The translations under genes were made by a program, and so were the position numbers. Positions 9,289-19,100 of a stretch of DNA of 64,000 nt are shown piece by piece. Numbering within the stretch: position 1 is the stretch's first letter; the number at the start of each line of letters is the position of its first letter. Origin of the DNA: Candidatus Limnocylindrales bacterium (GTDB lineage Bacteria; Chloroflexota; Limnocylindria; Limnocylindrales; CSP1-4); NCBI GenBank assembly GCA_038234575.1, contig JBBQTO010000001.1, positions 724 through 64,723 on the forward strand, in the 5' to 3' direction. Under the pieces are notes generated by a model that saw only the letters and a program-made list of their open reading frames with translations, did not search any database and was not told the origin of the DNA.

Positions 9289-10149
9289 TCAGAGCGCCCC
9301 AGCCCGACCGCGCTTCTCCGTGCCGATCCGGGCGACCGCCGCCTCGGCCTGGGCCTCGAGCGGGGCGAGGTGGTCCGTCGCGTTGTGGAGCCGCAGCCGC
9401 GGCCGCCCGCCCCGAAGCTCAACGACCGTGATCCCGCACAAGGCGAACGGGAACGTCCAGAACCGGCTCAACGGCAGGTCGAGCAGGGCGAGGACCGTCA
9501 CCTTGAACACGCCGTCGTGGCCAACGATCACCGACCACGGCTCGTTCGACGGCAGGTCGGCGTACCCGAGGACTGGCGATCGCGCCACGCCGTCCGCCGG
9601 CGATGCCGCGGCGAGCTCGTCGAGCACCCTGCTGAGCGCGACGCGGACGCGAGAATCAACCTCGGGTAGGGACTCGCCACCTGGCGCCCAGGCCGTCAAA
9701 GGATCGTCTCGCCAGCCGGCCAGGACATCCTTCCAGCGTTCCGCGACGGTGGCACTCGCGACCCCTTCCCACTCGCCCTGGCCGATCTCGAGGAAGCCGG
9801 CGTCCGTCCGCAGCCCGGCGTTCGTCCGCATCCCGGCCGGGCCGCCGAGCCCGTCGGGTGCGCCGATCGCGGCCGCGACGAGGGCGGCGGTCTCCGTCGT
9901 GCGGGAGAGGGGCGAGTGCACGATCGCGAGCGGCGGGCCGGTCGGGACCGGCAGGGCCGGCGGCCGGTGGACATGGCCGAGCCGTTCCGCCGCGAGCGAT
10001 GCCTGACGACGGCCCAGCGGCGAGAGCGGCGAATCACCCTGGCCCTGAAACAACCCCTGGGCGACCCATTCCGATTCGCCGTGACGGAGCAGAACGAGCG
10101 TCGCGTCGAGGCCCGGCGGGACGATCGGAGGACGGGGGTCGTCGGTCAC
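9289..10149 (-). CDS. Histidine phosphatase family protein (dPGM-like branch)
   Basis: Catalytic RHG motif (LVLLRHGESEW) and a second catalytic His block (VIVGHDGVFKV). GTG start at 10149 overlaps the serA stop (GTGA). The 694-aa ORF-track entry 9289..11373 is this gene fused in frame to the antisense of serA. Confidence 0.75.
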   Translation of the reverse strand: MTDDPRPPIVPPGLDATLVLLRHGESEWVAQGLFQGQGDSPLSPLGRRQASLAAERLGHVHRPPALPVPTGPPLAIVHSPLSRTTETAALVAAAIGAPDGLGGPAGMRTNAGLRTDAGFLEIGQGEWEGVASATVAERWKDVLAGWRDDPLTAWAPGGESLPEVDSRVRVALSRVLDELAAASPADGVARSPVLGYADLPSNEPWSVIVGHDGVFKVTVLALLDLPLSRFWTFPFALCGITVVELRGGRPRLRLHNATDHLAPLEAQAEAAVARIGTEKRGRAGAL

Positions 10150-11747
10150 CGGCTGGCACCGAGGCGGATCGTCCAGAGGTCCTCGACGCCGTCCTCGCCG
10201 CGGATCGCCGCCTCGAGCTCGGGCGTCACGTCGTCGTCGAGGGCGAGGACCATGAGCGCGTCGGCGCGCGGAGCCGAGCGGGCGAGGTGCATCGCGCTGA
10301 TGTTCACGTCGGCGCGCCCGAGCTGGGCACCGAGGCGCCCGATCGTTCCCGGCCGGTCGTGGTGGTGGGTGATGAGCATGAAATCGACCGGCGCCATGTC
10401 GAGGCGGTAGCCGTTCAGGCGGACGAGACGGGGCTCGCCGGGCGCGTCTGGGCCGCCGCCGGCCACGGTCCCGCCGACCGCGATGTCGCGCCCGCCGACG
10501 CGGCCCGAGACCGTGATGAGGGAGCTGAACGTGCCCGCGTCGGCGGTCTTCCGCTCCACGAGGGAGATCCCGCGAGCGCGGGCGAGGATTCCGGCGTTCA
10601 CGAGGTTCACCCGCTCGGTCGTGACGTTCTCGAGGAGCCCGCGAAGGACCGCGGCGGTAAGCGGCGCTGCGTCGGCACTCGCGAGCTCTCCCGCGAGCTC
10701 GAGCGTCATCGTGCCTACCCCGGCGCGGGCGAGCTGGCCAAAGAAGCGGCCCAGGATCTCGGCGAGGGGGATGTAGGGACCGATCGTGTGGGCGGCCTCG
10801 GGGCTCAGGAGTGGCGTGTTGACCGCGTACCGCGCGCCGCGGCCGTCGAGGACGTCCACGATCTGCTCGGCGACCTCGATCGCAACGGCGACCTGGGCCT
10901 CGGCCGTGGACGCGCCGAGGTGCGGCGTGAGCACGGCGTTTGGCGCGTCGAGGAGGGGGCTCCCGATGGGCGGCTCGTTGGCAAAGACGTCGATCCCGGA
11001 GCCGCCGAGGCGGCCCTCGCGGAGGGCTGCCGCGACAGCGGCTTCGTCGAAGATCCCGCCTCGGGCAACGTTGAGGAGGATCGCGCCGGGCTTCATCGCC
11101 GCGATCGCCTTCGCGTCGACGAGGTTCGTCGTCGCGCGCGTCAGGGGTACGTGGACGGTGATCACGTCGGACCGCGCCAGGAGCGCGGGCATGGCCACGA
11201 GCTCGATCCCGCGAAGGGTCGCCTGCTCGGCAGTGACATAAGGATCGACGCCGAGGAGCGTCATCTCGAGGGCCCTGGCCCGCTCCGCGATCGCCATTCC
11301 GATCTTTCCGAGCCCCACGATCCCGAGCGTCCGACCGCGAAGCTGCACGCCCTGGAACGCCGACCGGGTCCACTCACCCCGCCGGACCGAGGCGTCCGCC
11401 GCGGCGATTCTTCGGGCCACGGCGAAGAGGAGACCGATCGTGTGCTCAGCTGCGGCGATCGTGTTGCCGGTCGGAGCGTTGACGACGGTGATGCCGGCCC
11501 GGGTCGCCGCCTCGAGATCGACGTTGTCGACGCCGACTCCGGCCCGGCCGATGACCTGGAGGCGCTCGCCGGCCGCGATAAGCTCGGCATCGACCGCGAC
11601 CTGACTTCGCACGACGAGCGCCTCGTAGTCACCGATGATCTCTCGGAGCTGCTCCGGGCTCAGCCCGGGCTTGACGTCGACCTCGTGACGAGCGCTGAGG
11701 ACGGCGACGCCCTCGGGGGCGATGGTCTCGGCGACGAGGACCCGCAT
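10146..11747 (-). CDS. serA: D-3-phosphoglycerate dehydrogenase
   Basis: Full-length (about 533 aa) 2-hydroxyacid dehydrogenase with NAD fold GIVGLGKIGMAIAERA and catalytic region ..LNVARGGIFDE..HLGASTAEAQ, plus C-terminal ASB/ACT regions typical of type I SerA. The ATG overlaps the upstream gene stop (ATGA at 11747). Confidence 0.9.
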   Translation of the reverse strand: MRVLVAETIAPEGVAVLSARHEVDVKPGLSPEQLREIIGDYEALVVRSQVAVDAELIAAGERLQVIGRAGVGVDNVDLEAATRAGITVVNAPTGNTIAAAEHTIGLLFAVARRIAAADASVRRGEWTRSAFQGVQLRGRTLGIVGLGKIGMAIAERARALEMTLLGVDPYVTAEQATLRGIELVAMPALLARSDVITVHVPLTRATTNLVDAKAIAAMKPGAILLNVARGGIFDEAAVAAALREGRLGGSGIDVFANEPPIGSPLLDAPNAVLTPHLGASTAEAQVAVAIEVAEQIVDVLDGRGARYAVNTPLLSPEAAHTIGPYIPLAEILGRFFGQLARAGVGTMTLELAGELASADAAPLTAAVLRGLLENVTTERVNLVNAGILARARGISLVERKTADAGTFSSLITVSGRVGGRDIAVGGTVAGGGPDAPGEPRLVRLNGYRLDMAPVDFMLITHHHDRPGTIGRLGAQLGRADVNISAMHLARSAPRADALMVLALDDDVTPELEAAIRGEDGVEDLWTIRLGASR

Positions 11748-12925
11748 CAGCCCGCGGGGACGCGCGATCGCACCCCTGCGGCATCGAGGGCTGCTCGCTG
11801 GGCCGCGGCCACGCCGGCCCCCGGCTCGACGTCGCGACCGGCGCCGATCAGCGCCACCTCGAGCGTCGCCATGGCGGCGATGATCTCCTCGATCGTGACG
11901 GAGCCCAAGTGGCCGACCCGGAAGATCTTGCCGGTCAGCTTGGCCTGGCCGCCGGCAAGTACGAGCCCGGCGCGCCGGAGGTCGGCGTTGAAGGGCTTCC
12001 AGTCGAGATCGTCGGGAATCCAGGCGGCGGTCACGGTCTTCGAGCGAACGGCCTCGTCGGCGACGAGCCGGAAGCCCATGGCCTGAAGCCCCGCCTGGGT
12101 AGCGGCGGCGCAGACCTCGTGGCGAGCGAACACGCCGGCAGGTGTCTCCTCGGCCATCAGGCGGACGCCCTCCTCGACCTGGTAGAGGACCGCGATAGCG
12201 GGCGTCCACGGCGTCTCGCCCGTGGCGGCGCTCGCGCGGTGGCGCCGCAGGTCGAGGTAGAACCGCGGCATCCTCGAGGTTTCCATCGCGGCCCACGCCC
12301 GCTCGGAGGCGGCGACCATTGCCAGCCCGGGAGCCGACATGAACGCCTTCTGGGAGGCTGTCACGACGACATCCGCGCCCCAGCTGTCCATCTCGAAGGG
12401 GACGGCGCCGAGCGAGGACACGCCATCGATGAGCACGAGCGCGTCGGGCGCGGCCTCGCGGACGACGTCGATGAGCTCGGCGATCGGGTTCATGACGCCG
12501 GTCGACGTTTCGTTGTGGGTGAGGAGCACCGCCGCGTAGTCGCCGCCGCGCAGTCGCTCCCGGAGATCCGCCGGGTCGGCGGCCGATCCGGGCTCGACCA
12601 CCATCCGGGTGACGTCCGCGCCATAGGCCTCGGCGATGCTCGCGAAGCGATCGCCGAAGGAGCCGATCGAGACACCGAGAACGCGATCGCCCGGAGAGAG
12701 CGTATTGACGATCGACGCCTCGAGCCCGCCCGTGCCGGCATTCGAGAGGATCGTGATGTCACCACTCGACCCGAAGTAGGGCTTCATGCCTTCCTGGATC
12801 CGGGCGAGGATCGCCGCGAACTCGGGGCCGCGATGGTTGATCATCTGCTTCCCGCCCGCGACCCGGACGCTCGGCGGCAGGCCCGTCGGACCGGGGACTC
12901 GCAGGTTCGGCTCGAAGCGGGACAT
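11747..12925 (-). CDS. Class V aminotransferase (serine-glyoxylate/AGT-like); candidate phosphoserine aminotransferase
   Basis: PLP fold-type I, class V signature (..VVVTASQKAFMSAPGLAMVAAS.. with the PLP lysine in SQKA). ATG at 12925 is preceded by GGAGG 6 nt upstream; the ORF-track start at 12997 is a likely over-extension. The stop overlaps the serA start. Confidence 0.75.
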   Translation of the reverse strand: MSRFEPNLRVPGPTGLPPSVRVAGGKQMINHRGPEFAAILARIQEGMKPYFGSSGDITILSNAGTGGLEASIVNTLSPGDRVLGVSIGSFGDRFASIAEAYGADVTRMVVEPGSAADPADLRERLRGGDYAAVLLTHNETSTGVMNPIAELIDVVREAAPDALVLIDGVSSLGAVPFEMDSWGADVVVTASQKAFMSAPGLAMVAASERAWAAMETSRMPRFYLDLRRHRASAATGETPWTPAIAVLYQVEEGVRLMAEETPAGVFARHEVCAAATQAGLQAMGFRLVADEAVRSKTVTAAWIPDDLDWKPFNADLRRAGLVLAGGQAKLTGKIFRVGHLGSVTIEEIIAAMATLEVALIGAGRDVEPGAGVAAAQRAALDAAGVRSRVPAG

Positions 12926-13073
12926 GGGGCCTCCGGCAATGGATTCAGGCGACGGTGCGATGGTCGCACGGTGGTCGGCGGCTGTCATGCCTCGCATTCC
13001 CGGCGGCGACGCTGCGGCGCTGGCGAATGGGCGAATTCGTGTTCAGCCGTGATTCGCCTGTTACTGTGCTTGG

Positions 13074-13394
13074 ATGACGACGCGGCATGTTCGGTTTGCG
13101 ATTCGAGATGTGACCTTCGGCGGGGCGGCGATGCCCGGCGCAACGATTGATCAATGGCACGACGGCGGCGGGAACGCCCAATGGACGGCCCGCCTCGTCA
13201 CGAGGCCCGGCGAGATGGTCGACGAAGGCGAGCTGTCAGGTCGCACCGCCGACGGGCGGGTGGTCTCGGGCCACGCCCTGGTCTCCGATCGCCAGGTGGG
13301 CCCGGGCGGCCGGCGCGACATCCTCGTCATCTTCCACGGCGCAGGAACGCTCACGAGCGAGCTGGCGAGCGAAGCCGTACCGACCGGCTCCTGA
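13074..13394 (+). CDS. Hypothetical protein (106 aa)
   Basis: ORF in the roughly 500-bp gap between the divergent ser operon and rarA. No recognisable motifs. Codon usage in the first 20 codons is atypical for this genome (gtt, ttt, att, cga, caa). Weak call. Confidence 0.25.
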   Translation: MTTRHVRFAIRDVTFGGAAMPGATIDQWHDGGGNAQWTARLVTRPGEMVDEGELSGRTADGRVVSGHALVSDRQVGPGGRRDILVIFHGAGTLTSELASEAVPTGS

Positions 13395-13431
13395 CGGGCG
13401 GCTGACCCGGGCCCGACTCGGCGGCCGGACC

Positions 13432-14958
13432 CTACTCCGCCGCCGCGTCCTTCTTCTCGGTCTCGGCGAGCCGCTTTCGGTTCTCCTCGCGGCCTTTCAG
13501 GATCCTGTCCCCGGTGCCGCGCGGCACACTCGGGGAGGGGAGCGAGGAACGGGGAGTCCGACCCGCCTCCTTCGCCTTGGCCCGGGCGGCGGCACGGCGC
13601 GCGACGCGCTCGGAGATCGTCGATTCGTAGCCCTGGTCCGTGGGCAGGTAGTAGCGTCGCTCCGCGAGGCTCTCGGGCAGGTATTGCTGCTCGACGTCGG
13701 CACCCTCGAACTCATGGGGATCCTGGTAGCCGACGCCGATCCCGTGATGCTTCATCCGGGGATTACCGGCTGTCCGCAGGTGTAGGGGGACCGGGAGCGA
13801 GCCGTGCTCGGCGACGTCGCCGGCGGCGGCCCAGTAGGCCTGCCCGGAGCGGTTCGATTTCGGGGCGGTGGCGATGAACGTCGTCGCCTGGGCGAGGGCG
13901 TACTGCGCCTCGGGCAGCCCCACCCACTCGAGGGCGTCGGCCGCAGCGACGGCAACCTGGAGCGCCCGCGGGTCAGCGTTCCCGACGTCCTCCGACGCGC
14001 TGATGATGAGGCGTCGGGCGATGAACTTCGGGTCCTCGCCGGCCGCGATCATCGCCGCGAGCCAGTAGAGGGCACCATCCGGATCGTTGCCTCGGAGGCT
14101 CTTGATGAACGCCGAAACGGTGTCGTAATGGCCGTCACCGGCCCGGTCGTACGCGAGGATCCGTTGCTGTGCGGCGGCCTCGATGTCGGCGAGGCGCGGT
14201 GAGACGTGTCCCGTCTTGTCGCGGACGCCTTCTTCCTCGGCGAGTGCCACCGCGCCTTCGAGGACGTTCAGGGCCACCCGGGCATCGCCGCCCGAGATCG
14301 AGACGAGGTGGTCGAACGCCTCGTCGGCGAGCGAAACGCCGCCCTCCGGTCCGAGCTCGCCGGCAAGGCCGCGCTCGGCGTCCGACAACGCTCGCCGAAC
14401 GACGACACCGATGTCGTCGTCGGTCAGCGGCTCGAGGCGCCAGACGCGGAGGCGCGAGAGGAGGGCCGAGTTGACCTCGAAGTACGGGTTCTCGGTCGTC
14501 GCTCCGATGAGCGTGACGGTGCCGTCCTCGACATGCGGCAGCAGCGCGTCCTGCTGGGCCTTGTTGAAGCGGTGGATCTCGTCAATGAAGAGCACCGTCC
14601 GCTGGCCATTGAGGGCCAGGTGCTCCTGGGCTGCGGCGAGACCGGAGCGGACCTCGGCGACGCCCGACATGACCGCCGAGAGGGTCGTGAACTCCGCGCC
14701 GATCGCTGCGGCCAGCAGGCGCGCCAGCGACGTCTTGCCGGTTCCCGGCGGACCCCACAGGACCATCGAGCCGAGGTGGCCCCGAGCGATGGAGCGCCGG
14801 ATCGGCCCCCGCTCGCCGACCAGATGTTCCTGCCCGACGAACTCCTCGAGCGTCCGCGGCCGCATGCGTGCCGCAAGCGGCTGCCGCTCGGCCGGCGGCT
14901 GGAAGAGGGCCTCGGGACGGGCGCCGCTGAGGCGAGAGGATGCTCGTGGCGGCGGCAT
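13432..14958 (-). CDS. rarA: Replication-associated recombination protein A (RarA/MgsA), AAA+ ATPase
   Basis: [85 protein letters not shown], followed by the MgsA C-terminal domain. Confidence 0.85.
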   Translation of the reverse strand: MPPPRASSRLSGARPEALFQPPAERQPLAARMRPRTLEEFVGQEHLVGERGPIRRSIARGHLGSMVLWGPPGTGKTSLARLLAAAIGAEFTTLSAVMSGVAEVRSGLAAAQEHLALNGQRTVLFIDEIHRFNKAQQDALLPHVEDGTVTLIGATTENPYFEVNSALLSRLRVWRLEPLTDDDIGVVVRRALSDAERGLAGELGPEGGVSLADEAFDHLVSISGGDARVALNVLEGAVALAEEEGVRDKTGHVSPRLADIEAAAQQRILAYDRAGDGHYDTVSAFIKSLRGNDPDGALYWLAAMIAAGEDPKFIARRLIISASEDVGNADPRALQVAVAAADALEWVGLPEAQYALAQATTFIATAPKSNRSGQAYWAAAGDVAEHGSLPVPLHLRTAGNPRMKHHGIGVGYQDPHEFEGADVEQQYLPESLAERRYYLPTDQGYESTISERVARRAAARAKAKEAGRTPRSSLPSPSVPRGTGDRILKGREENRKRLAETEKKDAAAE

Positions 14959-14975
14959 GGCGCCAGTCTACGGTC

Positions 14976-15437
14976 CTAGAGCGTGATGACTCCCAGCACG
15001 TTGATCAGGATCGCGAGGATGGCGAGGATCCCGACCATGAGGCCGCCCGTGAGCAAGATCCGGCGGACGTCGCGAGCCACATAGGCGTATTCGTGGGCCG
15101 CTCGGACCGATAGGGGCGCGTTGACGTCGCCGGCCAGGACGTTTGCCTCGGGCGAGCGCGCCCGGGCCCGCCGCCGGATCGATTCCGCGATCGCGGCGCG
15201 CTCGCGGGCCGTGACCTCGGCCTCGAGCTCCGCGGCCCGCTCCATCTCGGCGTCGGTGAGGCCCGCGGTTCGCGCCACCGCGGAAGCACCGGTCGGCAAC
15301 TCGAAGTCCGGGTCGAGATCGACTCCGGGATCGGCGACGGGCGCGCTCGGAGTTCGCGTCTGCGGCGCCTTCAACGGCCGATTGGTGCTGGGCCGACGGC
15401 CCGAAGGGCGACCGGGGTAGCGTGTTCGTTTGGCCAT
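14976..15437 (-). CDS. Hypothetical membrane-anchored protein (C-terminal TM helix)
   Basis: Internal ATG at 15437 (MAKRTRYPGRP..) within ORF 14976..15554. Charged Arg/Ala-rich region (AERERAAIAESIRRRARA), then a C-terminal TM helix (LLTGGLMVGILAILAILINVLGVI). Start uncertain. Confidence 0.45.
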   Translation of the reverse strand: MAKRTRYPGRPSGRRPSTNRPLKAPQTRTPSAPVADPGVDLDPDFELPTGASAVARTAGLTDAEMERAAELEAEVTARERAAIAESIRRRARARSPEANVLAGDVNAPLSVRAAHEYAYVARDVRRILLTGGLMVGILAILAILINVLGVITL

Positions 15438-15457
15438 GAGCCGAGGGAATCCTCCGG

Positions 15458-16072
15458 ATGGTCGAAGCGGGCGGGATCGTGCACGCGCCGTCGGCCGGGA
15501 GGATAGCACCCGATCAGCGGACGCTAGACTCGGTCGACCGTAAGAGGACTCCACCCATCGACCTGCACGCCTTCGTCAGCGCCAATCTCGACGCCCTCGT
15601 CGCCGCCTTCGTGGTTACCCTCGCGATCCTGATCCTGGTCTCGGGCTGGCTCCTTCGGCGGATCGGTCGGCTCTCGCGCCGCCTCGAGGCGATCACCCAG
15701 GGGAGCGACGCCCAAAGCCTCGAATCGGTGCTTGGCTCGCACCTGGAACGCGTGCGCGCCGTGGTGGGCGACGTCGAGCGGCTCGGGGCCCGAACGGCGA
15801 CGCTCGAGACCGATCTGCGCCAGTCGCTCGGGCGGGTGGGCATCGTTCGCTACAACCCCTTCGAGGAAACCGGGGGCAACCAGAGCTTCGCGCTCGCGGT
15901 CCTCGACGGCATTGGCAACGGCTTCGTGGTGAGCAGCCTCCACGCTCGGGCCGGGACACGCGTGTATGCCAAGGCCGTGAAGGCTGGCACCGCCGAATCC
16001 GCGCTGTCGGACGAGGAGACCGCGGCCCTCCGCGTTGCGCTCGCGAGACCGGCGCCTTCGGCGGCGCGCTGA
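15458..16072 (+). CDS. DUF4446 family protein
   Basis: TM helix followed by the conserved C-terminal block VGIVRYNPFEETGGNQSFALAVLDGIGNGFVVSSLHARAGTRVYAKAV, typical of DUF4446. The true start is probably downstream of 15458: an ORF start at 15458 leaves only 20 bp to the divergent gene start at 15437. Confidence 0.7.
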   Translation: MVEAGGIVHAPSAGRIAPDQRTLDSVDRKRTPPIDLHAFVSANLDALVAAFVVTLAILILVSGWLLRRIGRLSRRLEAITQGSDAQSLESVLGSHLERVRAVVGDVERLGARTATLETDLRQSLGRVGIVRYNPFEETGGNQSFALAVLDGIGNGFVVSSLHARAGTRVYAKAVKAGTAESALSDEETAALRVALARPAPSAAR

Positions 16073-16110
16073 CCTGATTCCGGTGGTCCGGTCCGCGACA
16101 GCGAGGCCCC

Positions 16111-16127
16111 TGACAGGGGACCTGTCA
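16111..16127. promoter_or_regulatory. Perfect inverted repeat TGACAGG-GGA-CCTGTCA, 24 bp upstream of the helicase-nuclease start codon
   Basis: Seen directly: 7-bp arms with a 3-bp spacer. It is embedded in GGCCCCTGACAGGGG, which is itself palindromic (CCCCTG/CAGGGG). Possible operator or hairpin in the 78-bp intergenic region. Confidence 0.3.
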
Positions 16128-16150
16128 CGACCCGCAGCCATCGTTCCGTC

Positions 16151-19100
16151 ATGCCCCCAGCAAGCCGCACCTCGCTTCGCCGCCGACCCCGTCCCCTCGA
16201 GCAGATTCCCGTCTGGCACGGCTTCGATGCCGTGCCGTCGATCGACCCGGAGGCGGCCCCCGAGGTCGAAGGCCTCGCGGACCTCATGCGCGGCCTCAAT
16301 GCGGACCAGCGGCGGGCGGTGACCCATGGCGAGGGGCCGCTGCTCGTCGTGGCCGGCGCCGGAACGGGCAAGACACAGGTCATCACGCGCCGCATCGCCT
16401 GGCTGATCGCCACCCGACGGGCAAAGCCCTCCGAGATCCTGGCTCTCACGTTCACGGACAAGGCCGCCGAGGAGATGCAGCTCCGGGTCGACCAGCTTGT
16501 CCCCTATGGCTACACGGACACGGCGATCTCGACGTTCCATGCGTTCGGAGATCGACTGATCCGTGAGCACGCGTTCGATCTCGGCCTGGCGCCCGACGTG
16601 CGAGTCCTCTCGCGGCCGGAAGTCGTGGTCTTCCTCAAGGAGCGACTCTTCGAGCTCGACCTCGCCGAATACCGTCCGCTCGGCGACCCCGGCCGCTTCC
16701 TCGGGGCGCTTGCCGCCCTGTTTGCCCGCTGCCGCGACGAGGATGTCTCGCCGGCTCGGTACCTCGAGCACGCGGATCGACTCGAGGTCCAGGCTGCACA
16801 GGCCGCAACGGCGATAGCCGGGCCGGATGCCGGGGAAGCGGACCGCGACGCCGCGATGGCCCTTGCCGAGGATTCGCGACGACAGCGCGAGCTGGCGAAC
16901 GCCTATTCGCGCTACAAGGAGCTGATGAGCGTCCACGGCGCCATCGACTTCGGCGACCAGGTCTCCATGGCGTTGCGGCTTCTGCGCGAGTCAGCCGCGG
17001 CCCGCACCGCCGTCCAGGCCCGCTACCGCTACATCCTCGTCGACGAGTTCCAGGACACGAACCGGGCCCAGTCCGAGCTCGTGGCGATCCTCGCCGAGCG
17101 GCACCGCAACGTGACCGTCGTCGGCGATGACGACCAGTCGATCTACCGCTTCCGCGGTGCGGCCATCAGCAACATCCTCGAGTTCCGGGAGCGCTATCAG
17201 GGCGCGCGCACCGTCGTTCTCTGGCGGAACTACCGCTCCCTCGCGCCAATCCTCGACCGGGCCCACCGGCTCATCCGCTTCAACGATCCGGATCGGCTAG
17301 AGGTGCGCGTCGGGATCTCGAAGAAGCTCGTGGCCGAGCGCACGCGGCAGGATGCGCCGCCCGTGCGACACATCGCCTTCGCGACGAGCACGGAGGAGGC
17401 CGATTGGATCGCCGACGAGATCCGGCGGCGGATTGCCGCGGGGGCGGCGCCGCGGGATCACGCCGTCCTCGTTCGCGCGAACGCGGACGCTGATCCGATT
17501 CTCCGTGCATTCAATTCGGCCGCCGTCCCGTGGCGCTTCTCGGGGACCTCCGGACTCTACGCCCGGCCCGAGGTCCGCCTCCTGCTGGCAGTGCTGCGGA
17601 CGGTCGCCGACCCAGGCGCGAGCGTGGACGTCTACGCCCTCGCCACTTCGGAGCAGTACCGCGTGCCGGGCGAAGACCTGAGCCTCGTCATGTCGGCGGC
17701 ACGGCGGCGCCACCACACTGCGTTCGAGATCCTCGAGGAGCTCGAGATGCAACCGGCCGTTCTGCGCGTCTCCGCTGCGGGCCGAGCCGCCCTGGCTCGA
17801 TTGACAAGCGACATCCGGCGCTACCGGGACCTCGCGCATCGGCGCCCCGCCGGGGAGGTCCTTTATGCTTTCCTCCGCGATACTGGCTGGCTCACCGCGC
17901 TCGCCCGGGCGACGAGCGTGGCTGCGGAAGAGGCGCTCGCGAACATCGCCCGCTTCTTCGACATCGTCCGAAACCACTCCGCCTTGCTGGCCGACGATCG
18001 GGCGATCTTCCTGGTCCGGCACCTCGCGACGCTCATCGAGGCGGGCGACGATCCGGCAACAGCGGACCCGGATCCCGACGTGGATGCCGTCGCCGTGATG
18101 ACGGTCCACAAGGCGAAGGGCCTCGAGTATCCGGTCGTGTTCCTCCCCGGCCTTGTGGCGGATCGCTTCCCGGCCCGCGGCCGTCGCGAGGCGCTGGCGC
18201 TGCCGGTCGAGCTCGTGGACGAGGTCCTGCCCGAGGGGGACGGCCAGCTCCAGGAGGAGCGGCGTCTCTTCTACGTCGCGATGACCCGGGCCCGGGATGA
18301 GCTGATCCTGAGCCACGCCGCCGAGTCCGCGAGCGGGCGAGCACGACGCATTTCGCCCTTCGTCGTCGAGGCGCTGGACCTCCCGACCGCCGCGCCGCCC
18401 GGAAGTGGCGCGATCTCCGCCGGCGCGCTGGCTAGGATCACGGCCATGGAGCCGGCGGGCGACGCGCCCGAGCCGGTCCGCGTCCCCATCGAAGGCCCGC
18501 TGCTCCTCAGCCATTCCTCGATCGACGATTACCTGACGTGCCCGCTGAAGTACAAGTACAGTCAGGTCCTGCGTGTCCCCACGCCGCCGCATCACGCCCT
18601 GATCTACGGCTCGGCCCTGCATAAGGCCGTTCAGGAGTTCCATCGGGCCCATGCCGGCGGCAAGGTCCTGTCGGAGAGCGAGCTCTTCGCGGTTTTCGAC
18701 GCGGCCTGGTCGAACGAGGGCTTCGTTTCCCGCGAGCACGAAACGGCCCGTCTCGAGGCCGGCCGGGATGCTCTGCGCCGGTTCCGCCTCGCCCAGCTTG
18801 AGCCGGGTGCCGTGATCCCGGCGTGGGTGGAGCGCGAATTCTCGTTCGCCATGGGCGGCGACCGGATCCGCGGCCGCTTCGACAAGGTGGACATCGTGCC
18901 GGAGGAAGGGACGGAGGGGGATGCCGGGGCCGCGGCGGCTCTCGCAAGGGCCGCGATGACGCGGGCCGACGTCGTCGAGCCCATGCTCGAGCTCATGGGC
19001 CGGGAGCGGGTCACGATCACGGACTACAAGTCCAGTGACGTTCGGGACCCGGTCAAGGCACGCCAGCGCGCTCGCGAATCCCTGCAGCTCCAGATCTACG

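Noticed and set aside
9289-11373. 694-aa minus-strand ORF
   Set aside because: Only its last about 287 codons (histidine phosphatase) are real. The upstream 400 codons are in-frame antisense of serA with Arg/Pro-rich nonsense. Split at GTG 10149.
13497-14986. Several 60-270-aa ORFs on both strands within rarA (e.g. 14183..14986 +, 14206..14979 +)
   Set aside because: All overlap the strongly supported RarA coding sequence; Arg/Ser/Pro-rich out-of-frame translations.
16105-16117. CCCCTGACAGGGG as a rho-independent terminator of the DUF4446 gene
   Set aside because: The stem would have a 1-3-nt loop and no downstream T-tract. Kept as a possible operator or repeat instead.
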